Below, in pieces: positions 17,731-27,015 of a stretch of 51,361 nucleotides of DNA. The notes beneath the pieces were generated by a model, which ran no database searches, was not told the DNA's origin, and worked only from the letters and a program-made list of their open reading frames with translations. Every line of letters begins with the position of its first letter. Within the stretch, counting starts at the first letter, position 1. Origin of the DNA: Campylobacterota bacterium (GTDB lineage Bacteria > Campylobacterota > Campylobacteria > Campylobacterales > JAJVLF01); assembly GCA_029255845.1 (NCBI GenBank), contig JAJVLF010000014.1, positions 1 to 51,361 on the forward strand, in the 5' to 3' direction. A program made the translations under genes and the position numbers.

Positions 17731-18952
17731 AATTGTTTTTATTGTTTTGATATTATCGCAGATATTATTTTCAAGAATGTATCTTAAAAATGACCCTATG
17801 CCTACTAATCATATTATGTCTATATTACCAACCGAATGTGATGATGGATGTCTTAAGAGATTATTAAAAAAAGGAGAGATTTTTTCATTTTTAAGTTTAT
17901 ATAATAATCAAACTAGAGATAAATACCTATTAAGAACTTATGAGAGATATAAATCTTTATTTCAGACAAATAAAGTAGGTAAAATTTATATAAATGTAAT
18001 TATGTCAAGCAGTGCTATAGGTAATTATGTAAATACGATTACAGATAGTATGCTTGCTTATTTATCGCTAAGATTTGTTGATTTTGAGCTTAATTTTATA
18101 GATATAAAAAGTGAATCTCAAGAAAATATACAAAAAGCCATAGATGAAATTGAAAATTCTGGGCATATGAATACGATAGCTATAATCACAGATATAGCTG
18201 TGCATAATCTACTAGAATCTAATCATCAAAAACTAAATATATTTGTCCCTACCATCAATGTGGGAGATATGAGGATAGAAAACCCATATAAAAATATATA
18301 TTTTGCAGGAATAAGTTATAGAAATCAAATAAATATTATAAAAGATTTAATGCAAGATGCGAATATAAGTGTATTTGAAGAGGATAATCCAGTGAGTAAA
18401 AAAATAACTTCTATATTTATGGAAGATATGGAAGTTCAGTATTTTAAAACCATCAAACAAAACCAAACAAGATTTAAAAAAACAATAAAAACAAAAAAAC
18501 TAAATAATTCTTTTGTATTTTTTGGAACTTCCCTAATAAAAACAAGCATACTTTTATCAAACATAACATACTATGATAGAGATATAATAAGAGCATACTC
18601 CACTCAATTAAACTATAATCCAGTAATGCTACATCTAGCACAAGAAAAGGATAGAGAGAAGTTTTATATTTTAAATTCTATTATGAATTTAGATGAATTG
18701 ATAATTGAATATAATAATATCTTAAAAGCAAATATAGAATATGATTGGGCTTTATACACTAGCACCGTATCTTTAGACTATATGCTATCTAAATATTTCA
18801 ACATCCCTCAAATTATGAATGTGGCTTTAGAAAATAATAATTTTAGTTATGATATAGAGACAGTTTCTCCGCTATTTAATAAATTTATAAGAGTTGAAAA
18901 TAATGAGAGTGTTTTGAGTGAGGAATTGAATTATGAGTTGTTGCAACAATAG
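17723..18952 (+). CDS. Hypothetical exported protein (409 aa)
   Basis: N-terminal hydrophobic signal-like segment. Overlaps the addA stop by 8 nt. No family recognised. Confidence 0.6.
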   Translation: MIRIVFIVLILSQILFSRMYLKNDPMPTNHIMSILPTECDDGCLKRLLKKGEIFSFLSLYNNQTRDKYLLRTYERYKSLFQTNKVGKIYINVIMSSSAIGNYVNTITDSMLAYLSLRFVDFELNFIDIKSESQENIQKAIDEIENSGHMNTIAIITDIAVHNLLESNHQKLNIFVPTINVGDMRIENPYKNIYFAGISYRNQINIIKDLMQDANISVFEEDNPVSKKITSIFMEDMEVQYFKTIKQNQTRFKKTIKTKKLNNSFVFFGTSLIKTSILLSNITYYDRDIIRAYSTQLNYNPVMLHLAQEKDREKFYILNSIMNLDELIIEYNNILKANIEYDWALYTSTVSLDYMLSKYFNIPQIMNVALENNNFSYDIETVSPLFNKFIRVENNESVLSEELNYELLQQ

Positions 18953-19086
18953 TTAATTTTCTTACAGCTATAAAATTTAAAACCTCATTTTTTCTATACC
19001 TTCAATTTTAATACCTAAAAAATAGTATTCTCATACTAAGATAAAAATAATATAAATTTAAGCTTTTTCTCACTTTTCTCCTTAAA

Positions 19087-19102
19087 TGGATTATTTTTTG
19101 CT
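19087..19102 (+). promoter_or_regulatory. Sigma54 (RpoN)-type -24/-12 promoter candidate TGGATTATTTTTTGCT
   Basis: GG (19088-19089) and GC (19100-19101) are separated by exactly 10 nt, with TTTGCT at -12. The predicted start near 19113 leaves a ~29-nt leader with RBS AAAGGAA before the ATG at 19142. Confidence 0.5.
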
Positions 19103-19141
19103 ATCCATACACAAAACTAAACTCAAACAAAGGAATAATTA

Positions 19142-22100
19142 ATGAAAATTATACCAATAATTTTTTTAATTTTATCAATATTTCAATTTACTTTAGCAGG
19201 AGATGAGTCTTGCTCTCATCCAGAGACAAATGCAACAAATGCCCTAAGACTAGCTCATACTGTATGTCCTGGGATATATACTACAAATACTGGAATTAAA
19301 GAAAGTGCGAGAGTTTATTATTATAATAATAGCATATATAATGGCACAGGTCAGCCTATATCTATTACTCTTGATGGCAAGAAAATTACTCAAGAATGGA
19401 AAGGGGCTTTAGCTACAACTCTTTATAATCTTAGAAATAGAATTAATGTTGAAGGTAGTTTTAACGCTGTATCTAGCTCAATTTATATAACAGTAACAGC
19501 AAAAGAGCATGGATATAAAATTGATACTAATGGCACAGGTGCAAGTACTACTGAAGCTAATAATACAATTATTAGATCAGGAAATACTTCTACTAAAGGG
19601 ATTGTTAAACTTACTTATTATGGAAATGCAGGTAATTATAGCATTGTATCTGGTGGCATAATAATAGCAGAAACACCATACTTAGATTCTCCTAGTAGTA
19701 ATTCTCTTTATCAAACATTAAAATATCTAAAAGATAGAATAGATGCTAATCAATCGTATAGTGCTACTCAAGGATCTCATTACTTGCAAATTACTGATAA
19801 TACAGCTAGAGTTATGCCAACTATTACAGGTAAAAGTGGAAATGGAAATGCAGCAACAGTTACTTTGACTCAAGGTCAAGCTAATTTAAAAGATGCAAAT
19901 ATGACTAATATAGCCTATGATGATGGATACTTATATACCACATTTAATGCTTCTTATGATTCAATCGAACCTGATGCAAAACAAGATATTTTGGAGATAT
20001 TTAAAGTGGATCACAGAGACACTAGTTCCGTATCTAATACAATTGATTTTACTTCTGTTATCAAAAGAAGACATAAGGCAAACTTTAAAATTGACTCTAT
20101 ATCTTCTGTTAATGACATACTATTTATAGGTGATAAAGATAGCTCTTATTATAAATTTAATAGGCATTCAAAAAGCCTTGGTTCGGCAAATAAAGTAATA
20201 GAACCTAATGATATGAATGTAACAGCCAGCCATAGCGAATATTATAAACATAGCGATGGTCATGGGTATATTTTTTTAGCAGATGGCTCAAAACTAAGAA
20301 TATATAGGATAGAAAGAAATGGATTTTCAATCACTCATTATAAGACAGAGCATACATTAGGTGGAGAGATAAGTGATATATATAGAGATAATAAATCTGT
20401 GTATGTGCAAAGTGAAGAAGGTGGAAAGCTAACTCAATTTGCTATCGTAGATGAAAACTCTAAGTTTTCTATTGAAAGAATAAGAACAATGGCTTTAAGT
20501 GCTAAAAGTGTGTATGTGGATAAAACTTCCATATACTACACAAGAGAAAATAAAGGCTATCAAGCAAAAATAAAATATAGTAAAGATGCTAGCAATAATG
20601 ATACTTCTAGTATTATTGATGAAAATGAAGTAGATGGCTCAAAAATATCCTTTATAGTAGGAGATCAATTTTATTCAGCAACTATAGGAGAGAAAGGATT
20701 AAGAATATTTGACCATAATAGAAATCTAGTAGCTCAAGATAATGCCTACAAAGGAAGTCAATTATTAACTATCGGAGAATCTATAATTACAAATGATTTA
20801 AATAGTTCTCAAATTAGAATTTATAAATTTGGTGAGGTAGGAATAAGCCCTACTGATGGAACTGCTTCTGTTGAAAATCCTCTATATCTAAGAATGTGGG
20901 CAAATAAAATGAATTTAGAAAGTGTGAAATGGACTTTAACTAGATCTAATGGAGCACCTATTAATTTTGTTGAGAAAGATCCCTCTTATTCTTTTACTGA
21001 GTCAGGTATGTGGTATGCAGAAGCTACTATTAAATATAAAAAGAAATATCCTCTTAATAGTGTGTATAAGTTTCAAATTGACATTCAAGATGATGATACA
21101 CCTATAGTTAATATCTCATCATCAGTTAGAGGAGGAGTGGCTGGAACTACAATAAATTTTACTTCTACCATTACTAGACATTCTGCTGTTGATTATATTA
21201 AATGGGACTTTGATGATGGCGGAGGGACATCTTTTGTGAGAAACCCATCTTGGAAGTTTAAGACAAATGGAGACTATAATGTGAGTTTTGTTGTTTTTTA
21301 CGATAGAGATAAAAATATTACAAAATCAATACCTATAAAAATAAGTTCACCTATAGAGATTAATGCAAGTAATGCTGATAGAAATGATAGTAGCACTTTT
21401 GTAGTCAATGAAGATATTAATTTTTCTGCTAAGTTATTTAATATAATATCAGATAGTGATGTAGAGTCTTATAGTTGGAAATTTGGAGATACTCTAAATA
21501 CTACATCAACCTTTAGTAAGCCTATTTTTGCTTACCTTAGTGCTGGTGATAAGACTGTGAGTCTTGAAATTGTAAAAAGAAGTGATAAAAGTGTTTTAAA
21601 AACAACAAAACTATTAACCATTATAGATGAAGGAAAAGCTGGTATAACAACTGATGTCAGTAAGGGAGAATCTAATCTCAAGGTTCAATTTGGCTTATTG
21701 CTTACTAAATACACTGTAAAAAATATTTATCCAGCTTCTGTGGTATGGAATTTTGGTGATAGCACGGCTACAAAAGGCAGTGTTAGTCCTGTGCATACAT
21801 ATACAAGTGCTGGCACAGGTTCATATACAGTTGCAGCTGTTATAGCCTTAAGTGATGGTAGCACGGATACTTTAACAAAAAATATATATGTTGATAATAC
21901 CGTAAAGCTAGACTTTAATGCTAGTTTAGTAACAGGAAATGTTTCTAATCCTACTAAATTAGAGGGATATGCACCAATGAAGATAATTCTTAATGCTACA
22001 GGAAGTGCTTATAGTGGAATAAATAGAATTGAGTGGGATATGAGTAATAAAGATGATAATTTATCAGGAAAAAATATAGAATATACTTTTGATACAAATG

Positions 22101-22888
22101 GAACTTACACGATAAAAGTTGCTGCGATTAGTAATAAGGGAAATAGAATAGTTAAAAATATAGAAGTAAATGTTTCAAAAAGCTATCCTATAGTAATATC
22201 TGCTGTTGTCAATCCAAATAATGAATTAGATTATAATTTTTCAGTTAGTGGAGTGAAATCTAGCGATGGACAGCCTTTATTGAAGTCTTATAAGTGGATG
22301 ATTAATGATGAGGAAATTGATAATGATGATAAAGATATTCTTGATTACACTTTTTTAGAATCAAAAGATCACCATGTAGGAGTAAAAGTTACTTTAAATG
22401 ATGGGACAATAGTTAAGCATTATTACAACAATAAAGAACTATTGAATCCATTCATCCATACAGTATCAGTTCATAGTGGATGGAATCTTGTATCATCTCC
22501 TATTGCTTTAGATTTGAATACAACAGGAGCTGATGATTTACCATCTCATGATATATTAAGCATAGCCCCTATAAAAGCTTTAGGAAGCCCAATTTGGATA
22601 TATAGTGGCGGAACATGGAAGCAAAACCCAGACCATATACCAAAAGGAGCAGGAATGTGGATAAAGGCAACTGGAGATAAAATAGCAAAATTTAATAGAC
22701 CAAATTTACTATATGAGCCAAAAAATGGTGATGTAGAAACTGGATGGAATTTAATGGGAACAGGTAAAGAATTAAAAAACTTCCATAATTTGAGCGATGT
22801 AAATCTTACATGGGTGTATACAAATACATGGATTAAAAATCCACCTATTATAAAAAAATCTCAAGGTTTTTGGGCTAAACATAATTAA
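19142..22888 (+). CDS. Giant secreted repeat protein (1248 aa) with six PKD-like domains
   Basis: Signal peptide (..FQFTLA/GD). Six PKD-type repeats with the W-x-F/W-G-D...Y-x-F/Y...G-x-Y-x-V signature (VKWTL.., IKWDFDDGGG.., YSWKFGD.., VVWNFGDS.., IEWDMSN.., YKWMIND..), roughly nt 20860-22430. C-terminal duplicated GWNL...TW.xNP...G.W.K module. Confidence 0.85.
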   Translation: MKIIPIIFLILSIFQFTLAGDESCSHPETNATNALRLAHTVCPGIYTTNTGIKESARVYYYNNSIYNGTGQPISITLDGKKITQEWKGALATTLYNLRNRINVEGSFNAVSSSIYITVTAKEHGYKIDTNGTGASTTEANNTIIRSGNTSTKGIVKLTYYGNAGNYSIVSGGIIIAETPYLDSPSSNSLYQTLKYLKDRIDANQSYSATQGSHYLQITDNTARVMPTITGKSGNGNAATVTLTQGQANLKDANMTNIAYDDGYLYTTFNASYDSIEPDAKQDILEIFKVDHRDTSSVSNTIDFTSVIKRRHKANFKIDSISSVNDILFIGDKDSSYYKFNRHSKSLGSANKVIEPNDMNVTASHSEYYKHSDGHGYIFLADGSKLRIYRIERNGFSITHYKTEHTLGGEISDIYRDNKSVYVQSEEGGKLTQFAIVDENSKFSIERIRTMALSAKSVYVDKTSIYYTRENKGYQAKIKYSKDASNNDTSSIIDENEVDGSKISFIVGDQFYSATIGEKGLRIFDHNRNLVAQDNAYKGSQLLTIGESIITNDLNSSQIRIYKFGEVGISPTDGTASVENPLYLRMWANKMNLESVKWTLTRSNGAPINFVEKDPSYSFTESGMWYAEATIKYKKKYPLNSVYKFQIDIQDDDTPIVNISSSVRGGVAGTTINFTSTITRHSAVDYIKWDFDDGGGTSFVRNPSWKFKTNGDYNVSFVVFYDRDKNITKSIPIKISSPIEINASNADRNDSSTFVVNEDINFSAKLFNIISDSDVESYSWKFGDTLNTTSTFSKPIFAYLSAGDKTVSLEIVKRSDKSVLKTTKLLTIIDEGKAGITTDVSKGESNLKVQFGLLLTKYTVKNIYPASVVWNFGDSTATKGSVSPVHTYTSAGTGSYTVAAVIALSDGSTDTLTKNIYVDNTVKLDFNASLVTGNVSNPTKLEGYAPMKIILNATGSAYSGINRIEWDMSNKDDNLSGKNIEYTFDTNGTYTIKVAAISNKGNRIVKNIEVNVSKSYPIVISAVVNPNNELDYNFSVSGVKSSDGQPLLKSYKWMINDEEIDNDDKDILDYTFLESKDHHVGVKVTLNDGTIVKHYYNNKELLNPFIHTVSVHSGWNLVSSPIALDLNTTGADDLPSHDILSIAPIKALGSPIWIYSGGTWKQNPDHIPKGAGMWIKATGDKIAKFNRPNLLYEPKNGDVETGWNLMGTGKELKNFHNLSDVNLTWVYTNTWIKNPPIIKKSQGFWAKHN

Positions 22889-22899
22889 TAATTATGTCT

Positions 22900-23724
22900 T
22901 TATGAGCTAATAATAAACCCTCTATCCAACCCCGATAAGTCCTTATAAAACTCTATTGCTTTATAAGGATACTTATTAACTATCTTCTGAATATCTTCTC
23001 TTTGATAACAAGCCATTTCACAAAATAAATAAGCACATTTTCTTTTAAAAAATTCCTGTATTATTTTCTCTAATATCTCATACCCATAATCCCCTCCAAA
23101 AAGAGCTAAATGCGGTTCATAGTCTTTGACATTTGAGTCTAGTTTTTCGCTATTTTTTATATATGGTGGATTGCTTACTATTATATCTATCTCACCATCT
23201 ATTTGCTCTAATAGATTTGATTCTATAAAGTTTATTTTATCTTCTACATTAAGCAATGAAGCATTTTTTTTCGCTACTTTTAAAGATGCTTTTGATATAT
23301 CTATGGCTGTTATTTTTGCATTATTAAAATACTTCGCTAGGATTATGGATATAATGCCAGAACCACATCCTATATCTACTATATTTGCTTTTGTGTTTTT
23401 ATCTATTTTGGATTTTATCTTATCTATGAGTATTTCAGTTTCTGCTCTAGGAATTAAGACATCCTTATTTACATAAAAATCATATCCGTAAAAACAAGCT
23501 GATGAGGTTATATACTCTAATGGCTTATGCTTAGCTCTTTCATTCACCAAGTCAAGATATTTATCTGTATCTTTTATAATAAACTCTGCATTTGTATGCA
23601 AAAATATTCTTGTTTTTTTTAAATAAAATGCCAAAATTAACTCGGCTTCTTTAATAGGGTTTTCAATATCTTTTAGTTTTATCTTAGCTATATCAATGAC
23701 TTGCTTTACACTTAATTTTTTCAT
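22900..23724 (-). CDS. prmC: Release factor glutamine N5-methyltransferase
   Basis: SAM motif VDIGCGSGI and catalytic NPPY (VSNPPYI), 274 aa. Confidence 0.9.
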   Translation of the reverse strand: MKKLSVKQVIDIAKIKLKDIENPIKEAELILAFYLKKTRIFLHTNAEFIIKDTDKYLDLVNERAKHKPLEYITSSACFYGYDFYVNKDVLIPRAETEILIDKIKSKIDKNTKANIVDIGCGSGIISIILAKYFNNAKITAIDISKASLKVAKKNASLLNVEDKINFIESNLLEQIDGEIDIIVSNPPYIKNSEKLDSNVKDYEPHLALFGGDYGYEILEKIIQEFFKRKCAYLFCEMACYQREDIQKIVNKYPYKAIEFYKDLSGLDRGFIISS

Positions 23725-24896
23725 AAATATTTAGCCACCTTTAATGCACAACTCCAAGCAAAATGTAAATTAAATCCTCCCCTATCTCCATCCACATCTA
23801 GCACTTCCCCCATAAAGTATAGATTCTTTTGTTTATAAGATTCTAAAGTTTTTGGATTTACTTCTTTGGTATCTACCCCTCCTGTCGTTACTTCTGCATA
23901 TTTATAGCCTTTGCTTCCATTTATTTGAAATGGTAGTTTTTTTATTCTATTAGCTATTTTGATTATATCATTCATTTGGATTTGATGGCTTTTCTTTTCT
24001 TTCAATCCTAATGGGCTTAATAATAAAGGAATTATTTTTTTATTCATTATTCCGTGCAAACATAAACTTAATTCTTTATTTTCTTTTTGTTTTATATGTT
24101 TTATTAATAATTCTTTTAACTCTTCAAAGACAACATAAGGCATTAAGTCAATATATATAGTCTCAGTATCCCTATATTGTAATTGCTCCAAAACAAAACG
24201 ACTAATGTCTAATATAGCTAATCCAGAAATACCATAATTAGTAAATAAAACATCACCTTTTATCTTTTTATCCATAAAACGAACTTCACTATAAATACGA
24301 ACCCCCGAAGTATGCTTTAATCTAGGCATATCAGAAGTGAGCTGAACCAAAGAAGCAAAAGGCTTAATTATACTATGATTAAACCTTTTAGCAAAAACTA
24401 TCCCATCATCACATCCCCCAAGAGATGAAGCAGATAGATTTCCTGTAGCTATTATAAGAGTTTTTGCCTTTATTTTTTTATTAATAACAAAAAAATTATT
24501 TTTATACATCACATCTTCTATACGAAAATCACAAGTTATCTCCACACCCAATGCCCTAGCCTGATATTCAAGTAAATCAACAACACTAGAAGCCTGCAAA
24601 GACAAAGGATAGCACCGCCCCTCATCTTTTTGAGTAAGCTCCAATCCAATCCAATTAAAAAAATCCTCAATTTCCTCAAAACTACAAAGAACATCAGAAA
24701 TAAATTTTCTATTTGAGCTATAATACCTATCTTCCGATATATTCTTATTAATTATATTACATCTTCCATTACCTGTGGCAAGTATCTTTTTCCCTACTTT
24801 ATTATTCGCCTCAAAAAGTGAAACCTTCTTGCCCTTTTTAGCCAATAAAATAGCACACATCAAGCCACTAGCACCACCACCTATAATAGTAATCAA
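23721..24896 (-). CDS. HI0933/BaiN-family FAD-dependent oxidoreductase
   Basis: IIGGGASGLM dinucleotide fold, ATGNGRCNI motif and C-terminal GEVLDVDGDRGGFNLHFAWS, all typical of the HI0933-like family. Confidence 0.8.
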   Translation of the reverse strand: MITIIGGGASGLMCAILLAKKGKKVSLFEANNKVGKKILATGNGRCNIINKNISEDRYYSSNRKFISDVLCSFEEIEDFFNWIGLELTQKDEGRCYPLSLQASSVVDLLEYQARALGVEITCDFRIEDVMYKNNFFVINKKIKAKTLIIATGNLSASSLGGCDDGIVFAKRFNHSIIKPFASLVQLTSDMPRLKHTSGVRIYSEVRFMDKKIKGDVLFTNYGISGLAILDISRFVLEQLQYRDTETIYIDLMPYVVFEELKELLIKHIKQKENKELSLCLHGIMNKKIIPLLLSPLGLKEKKSHQIQMNDIIKIANRIKKLPFQINGSKGYKYAEVTTGGVDTKEVNPKTLESYKQKNLYFMGEVLDVDGDRGGFNLHFAWSCALKVAKYL

Positions 24897-24899
24897 TGC

Positions 24900-25277
24900 C
24901 TATAATTTCTTTAGATTATTTTTTATTTTAAGCATTTCAAGAGCTTCCATATTTAAAATAATGCTCTCACTAATAAGCTCTTTAAGTAGCTTGGTATCTA
25001 TCTGATTAATATTCGTATATTTAATATGGCGAACATACTTCCCATCCCCCGTAAAAACATTAAAAGTCCTCTCAAGCTTACTCCCTTGCCCCCAAGAAGT
25101 AGTAAGATAATCCTCATTTGAAGCACTTCTTATCATAACCACAACCCTACATCCACTATAAAAAGCATTTTGATTTTTGCTTTGCCTTAATTTCATACCA
25201 TCAAAAGATAGAATAATTTTTTTTAATTTTAAAAACATATCTATGTGTTCATCTCTAATACTTTGGATACTATTCAT
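24900..25277 (-). CDS. Small conserved protein, DUF1801/YdhG-like (tentative)
   Basis: Size and general pattern only. Tightly packed behind the HI0933 gene. Confidence 0.35.
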   Translation of the reverse strand: MNSIQSIRDEHIDMFLKLKKIILSFDGMKLRQSKNQNAFYSGCRVVVMIRSASNEDYLTTSWGQGSKLERTFNVFTGDGKYVRHIKYTNINQIDTKLLKELISESIILNMEALEMLKIKNNLKKL

Positions 25278-25676
25278 TTAACTCACTTTTTAATAATTAA
25301 TCTAAAATATATTTCAATTCTTTTTTCTCTAACTGCCTACCATTTTGAAGCTTAACTTCCCTTAAACCTTTTTTAACACTTTAAGGATTCTTACTTTGTA
25401 TAATAACATAAATAAATGAAAATACTTGTATTAGCTTGTGTTATCTTTTAAGCTATATATACCCATCAAAAACCAAATGGACGAATAAAATAACCCATAA
25501 AACAGCAATCTATGAATAAAATATTACGGCTATAACTCATAATATTTTATCCATATCGGACTATTTTATGAATTATTTTAAATCGCAAGTTAGCTCTTTG
25601 ATGGACATATTTCAATTTAATTGGCTTAATTAAAAGCATAAATATGTATAATGCAAAAAAATAATCAAGGAAAACA

Positions 25677-26132
25677 ATGACTTTTAATACATTAGAATTA
25701 GAAATAACAAATTTTGAATTAGGCGAGAGAGGAGAGGTAACTCATAAACCAAGTATAACTTTACTAAATGCTTTGGGTGAAGATGGGATGAGAAAAATGG
25801 TAAGTGATTTTTATGATTTACTTATTAAGAGTGAAATAGCTGATTTATTTCCTCAAGATGAGAAGATATTTGCTATGGCTAAAAAGCATTCTGCTGATTT
25901 TTTTATACAGCTTTGTGGTGGTCCTGAGTATTTCAATAAAGAAAGAGGGGCTCCTAGACTTGCTGCTAGACATATGGCTTTTAAGATAACTCCAAATGGG
26001 AGGATTGTTTGGCTTGAGTGTTTTCGAGAAGTTATTTTAAAATTAGATATTAGCGATGATTTGAAGATTAATTTTTGGAAATACTTAGATGTATTTTCTA
26101 ATTGGATGACAAATTCCCCTGAAGATGGCTAG
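25677..26132 (+). CDS. Group II truncated hemoglobin (YjbI/GlbO-like)
   Basis: FY..L, CGGPEYFNKERGAPRLAARHMAFKITPNGRIVWLEC closely follows the trHbO pattern (GGP..Y....G.P.L.ARH..F.I......WL.C). Confidence 0.8.
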   Translation: MTFNTLELEITNFELGERGEVTHKPSITLLNALGEDGMRKMVSDFYDLLIKSEIADLFPQDEKIFAMAKKHSADFFIQLCGGPEYFNKERGAPRLAARHMAFKITPNGRIVWLECFREVILKLDISDDLKINFWKYLDVFSNWMTNSPEDG

Positions 26133-27015
26133 TAATCCTATAGCCATTATAGGAAGCACTGCTTCAGGGAAAAGCTCACTTTCTATTGAGATAGCGAAAA
26201 AATATAATGGGGTTATATTATCCTTAGATGCCTTAAGTGTCTATAAAGAAATAGATATATCTTCTGCTAAGCCTAGCAAGAGTGATTTATCTGCAGTTAA
26301 GCATTTTGGGGTTGATGAAGTTTATCCAGATGTTCATTTTAATGTTTTGGATTTTTCTTCTTGTTATTTTGAAGCGATAGAATATGCGAATAAACATAAT
26401 AAAAACTTAATCATAGTAGGAGGAAGCTCTTTTTATCTGAAATCCCTAATGGATGGATTAAGTGAGTATCCTACGATAAGTAAAGAAGCCATAAAAAAAA
26501 CTACTCTGCAAATGCAAGATAAAAAACAAGCATACGAATTATTAAAAAGCATAGATGATAAAATCACAATCCACTCTAATGACACTTATAGAATAGAAAA
26601 ACAGCTAAATATGTATTTCCAAACTAATCAATCATTGAGAGAATTTAATGAAAATAATCCAAAAAAGAAAATCATAAAAGAGGATATAAATATCTTCAAT
26701 CTTTATACAGAAAAAAATATTTTAGATTCTCAAATAGAAATAAGAACTAATGATATGCTAAATAGTGGATTAATAGAAGAAGTGGATTATTTAAAAAATA
26801 AATATAATCATAATTTAAAAGCTATGCAAAGCATAGGAATAAAAGAAACATTAAGTTATCTAAATAATGAGATCAATAAAGAAGAGTTGAAAAGTTTGAT
26901 AATTAAAAATACAAAAGCCTTAGCTAAAAGACAAAAGACTTTTAATAGAACCCAATTTGATTGCTTTAGTGGGGGAGTAGAGGAAATTAGATTGCAAATT
27001 TCTAAACAATTCTAA
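26125..27015 (+). CDS. miaA: tRNA dimethylallyltransferase
   Basis: P-loop GSTASGKSS. MiaA-typical length and layout. 8-nt overlap with the globin gene. Confidence 0.9.
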   Translation: MASNPIAIIGSTASGKSSLSIEIAKKYNGVILSLDALSVYKEIDISSAKPSKSDLSAVKHFGVDEVYPDVHFNVLDFSSCYFEAIEYANKHNKNLIIVGGSSFYLKSLMDGLSEYPTISKEAIKKTTLQMQDKKQAYELLKSIDDKITIHSNDTYRIEKQLNMYFQTNQSLREFNENNPKKKIIKEDINIFNLYTEKNILDSQIEIRTNDMLNSGLIEEVDYLKNKYNHNLKAMQSIGIKETLSYLNNEINKEELKSLIIKNTKALAKRQKTFNRTQFDCFSGGVEEIRLQISKQF

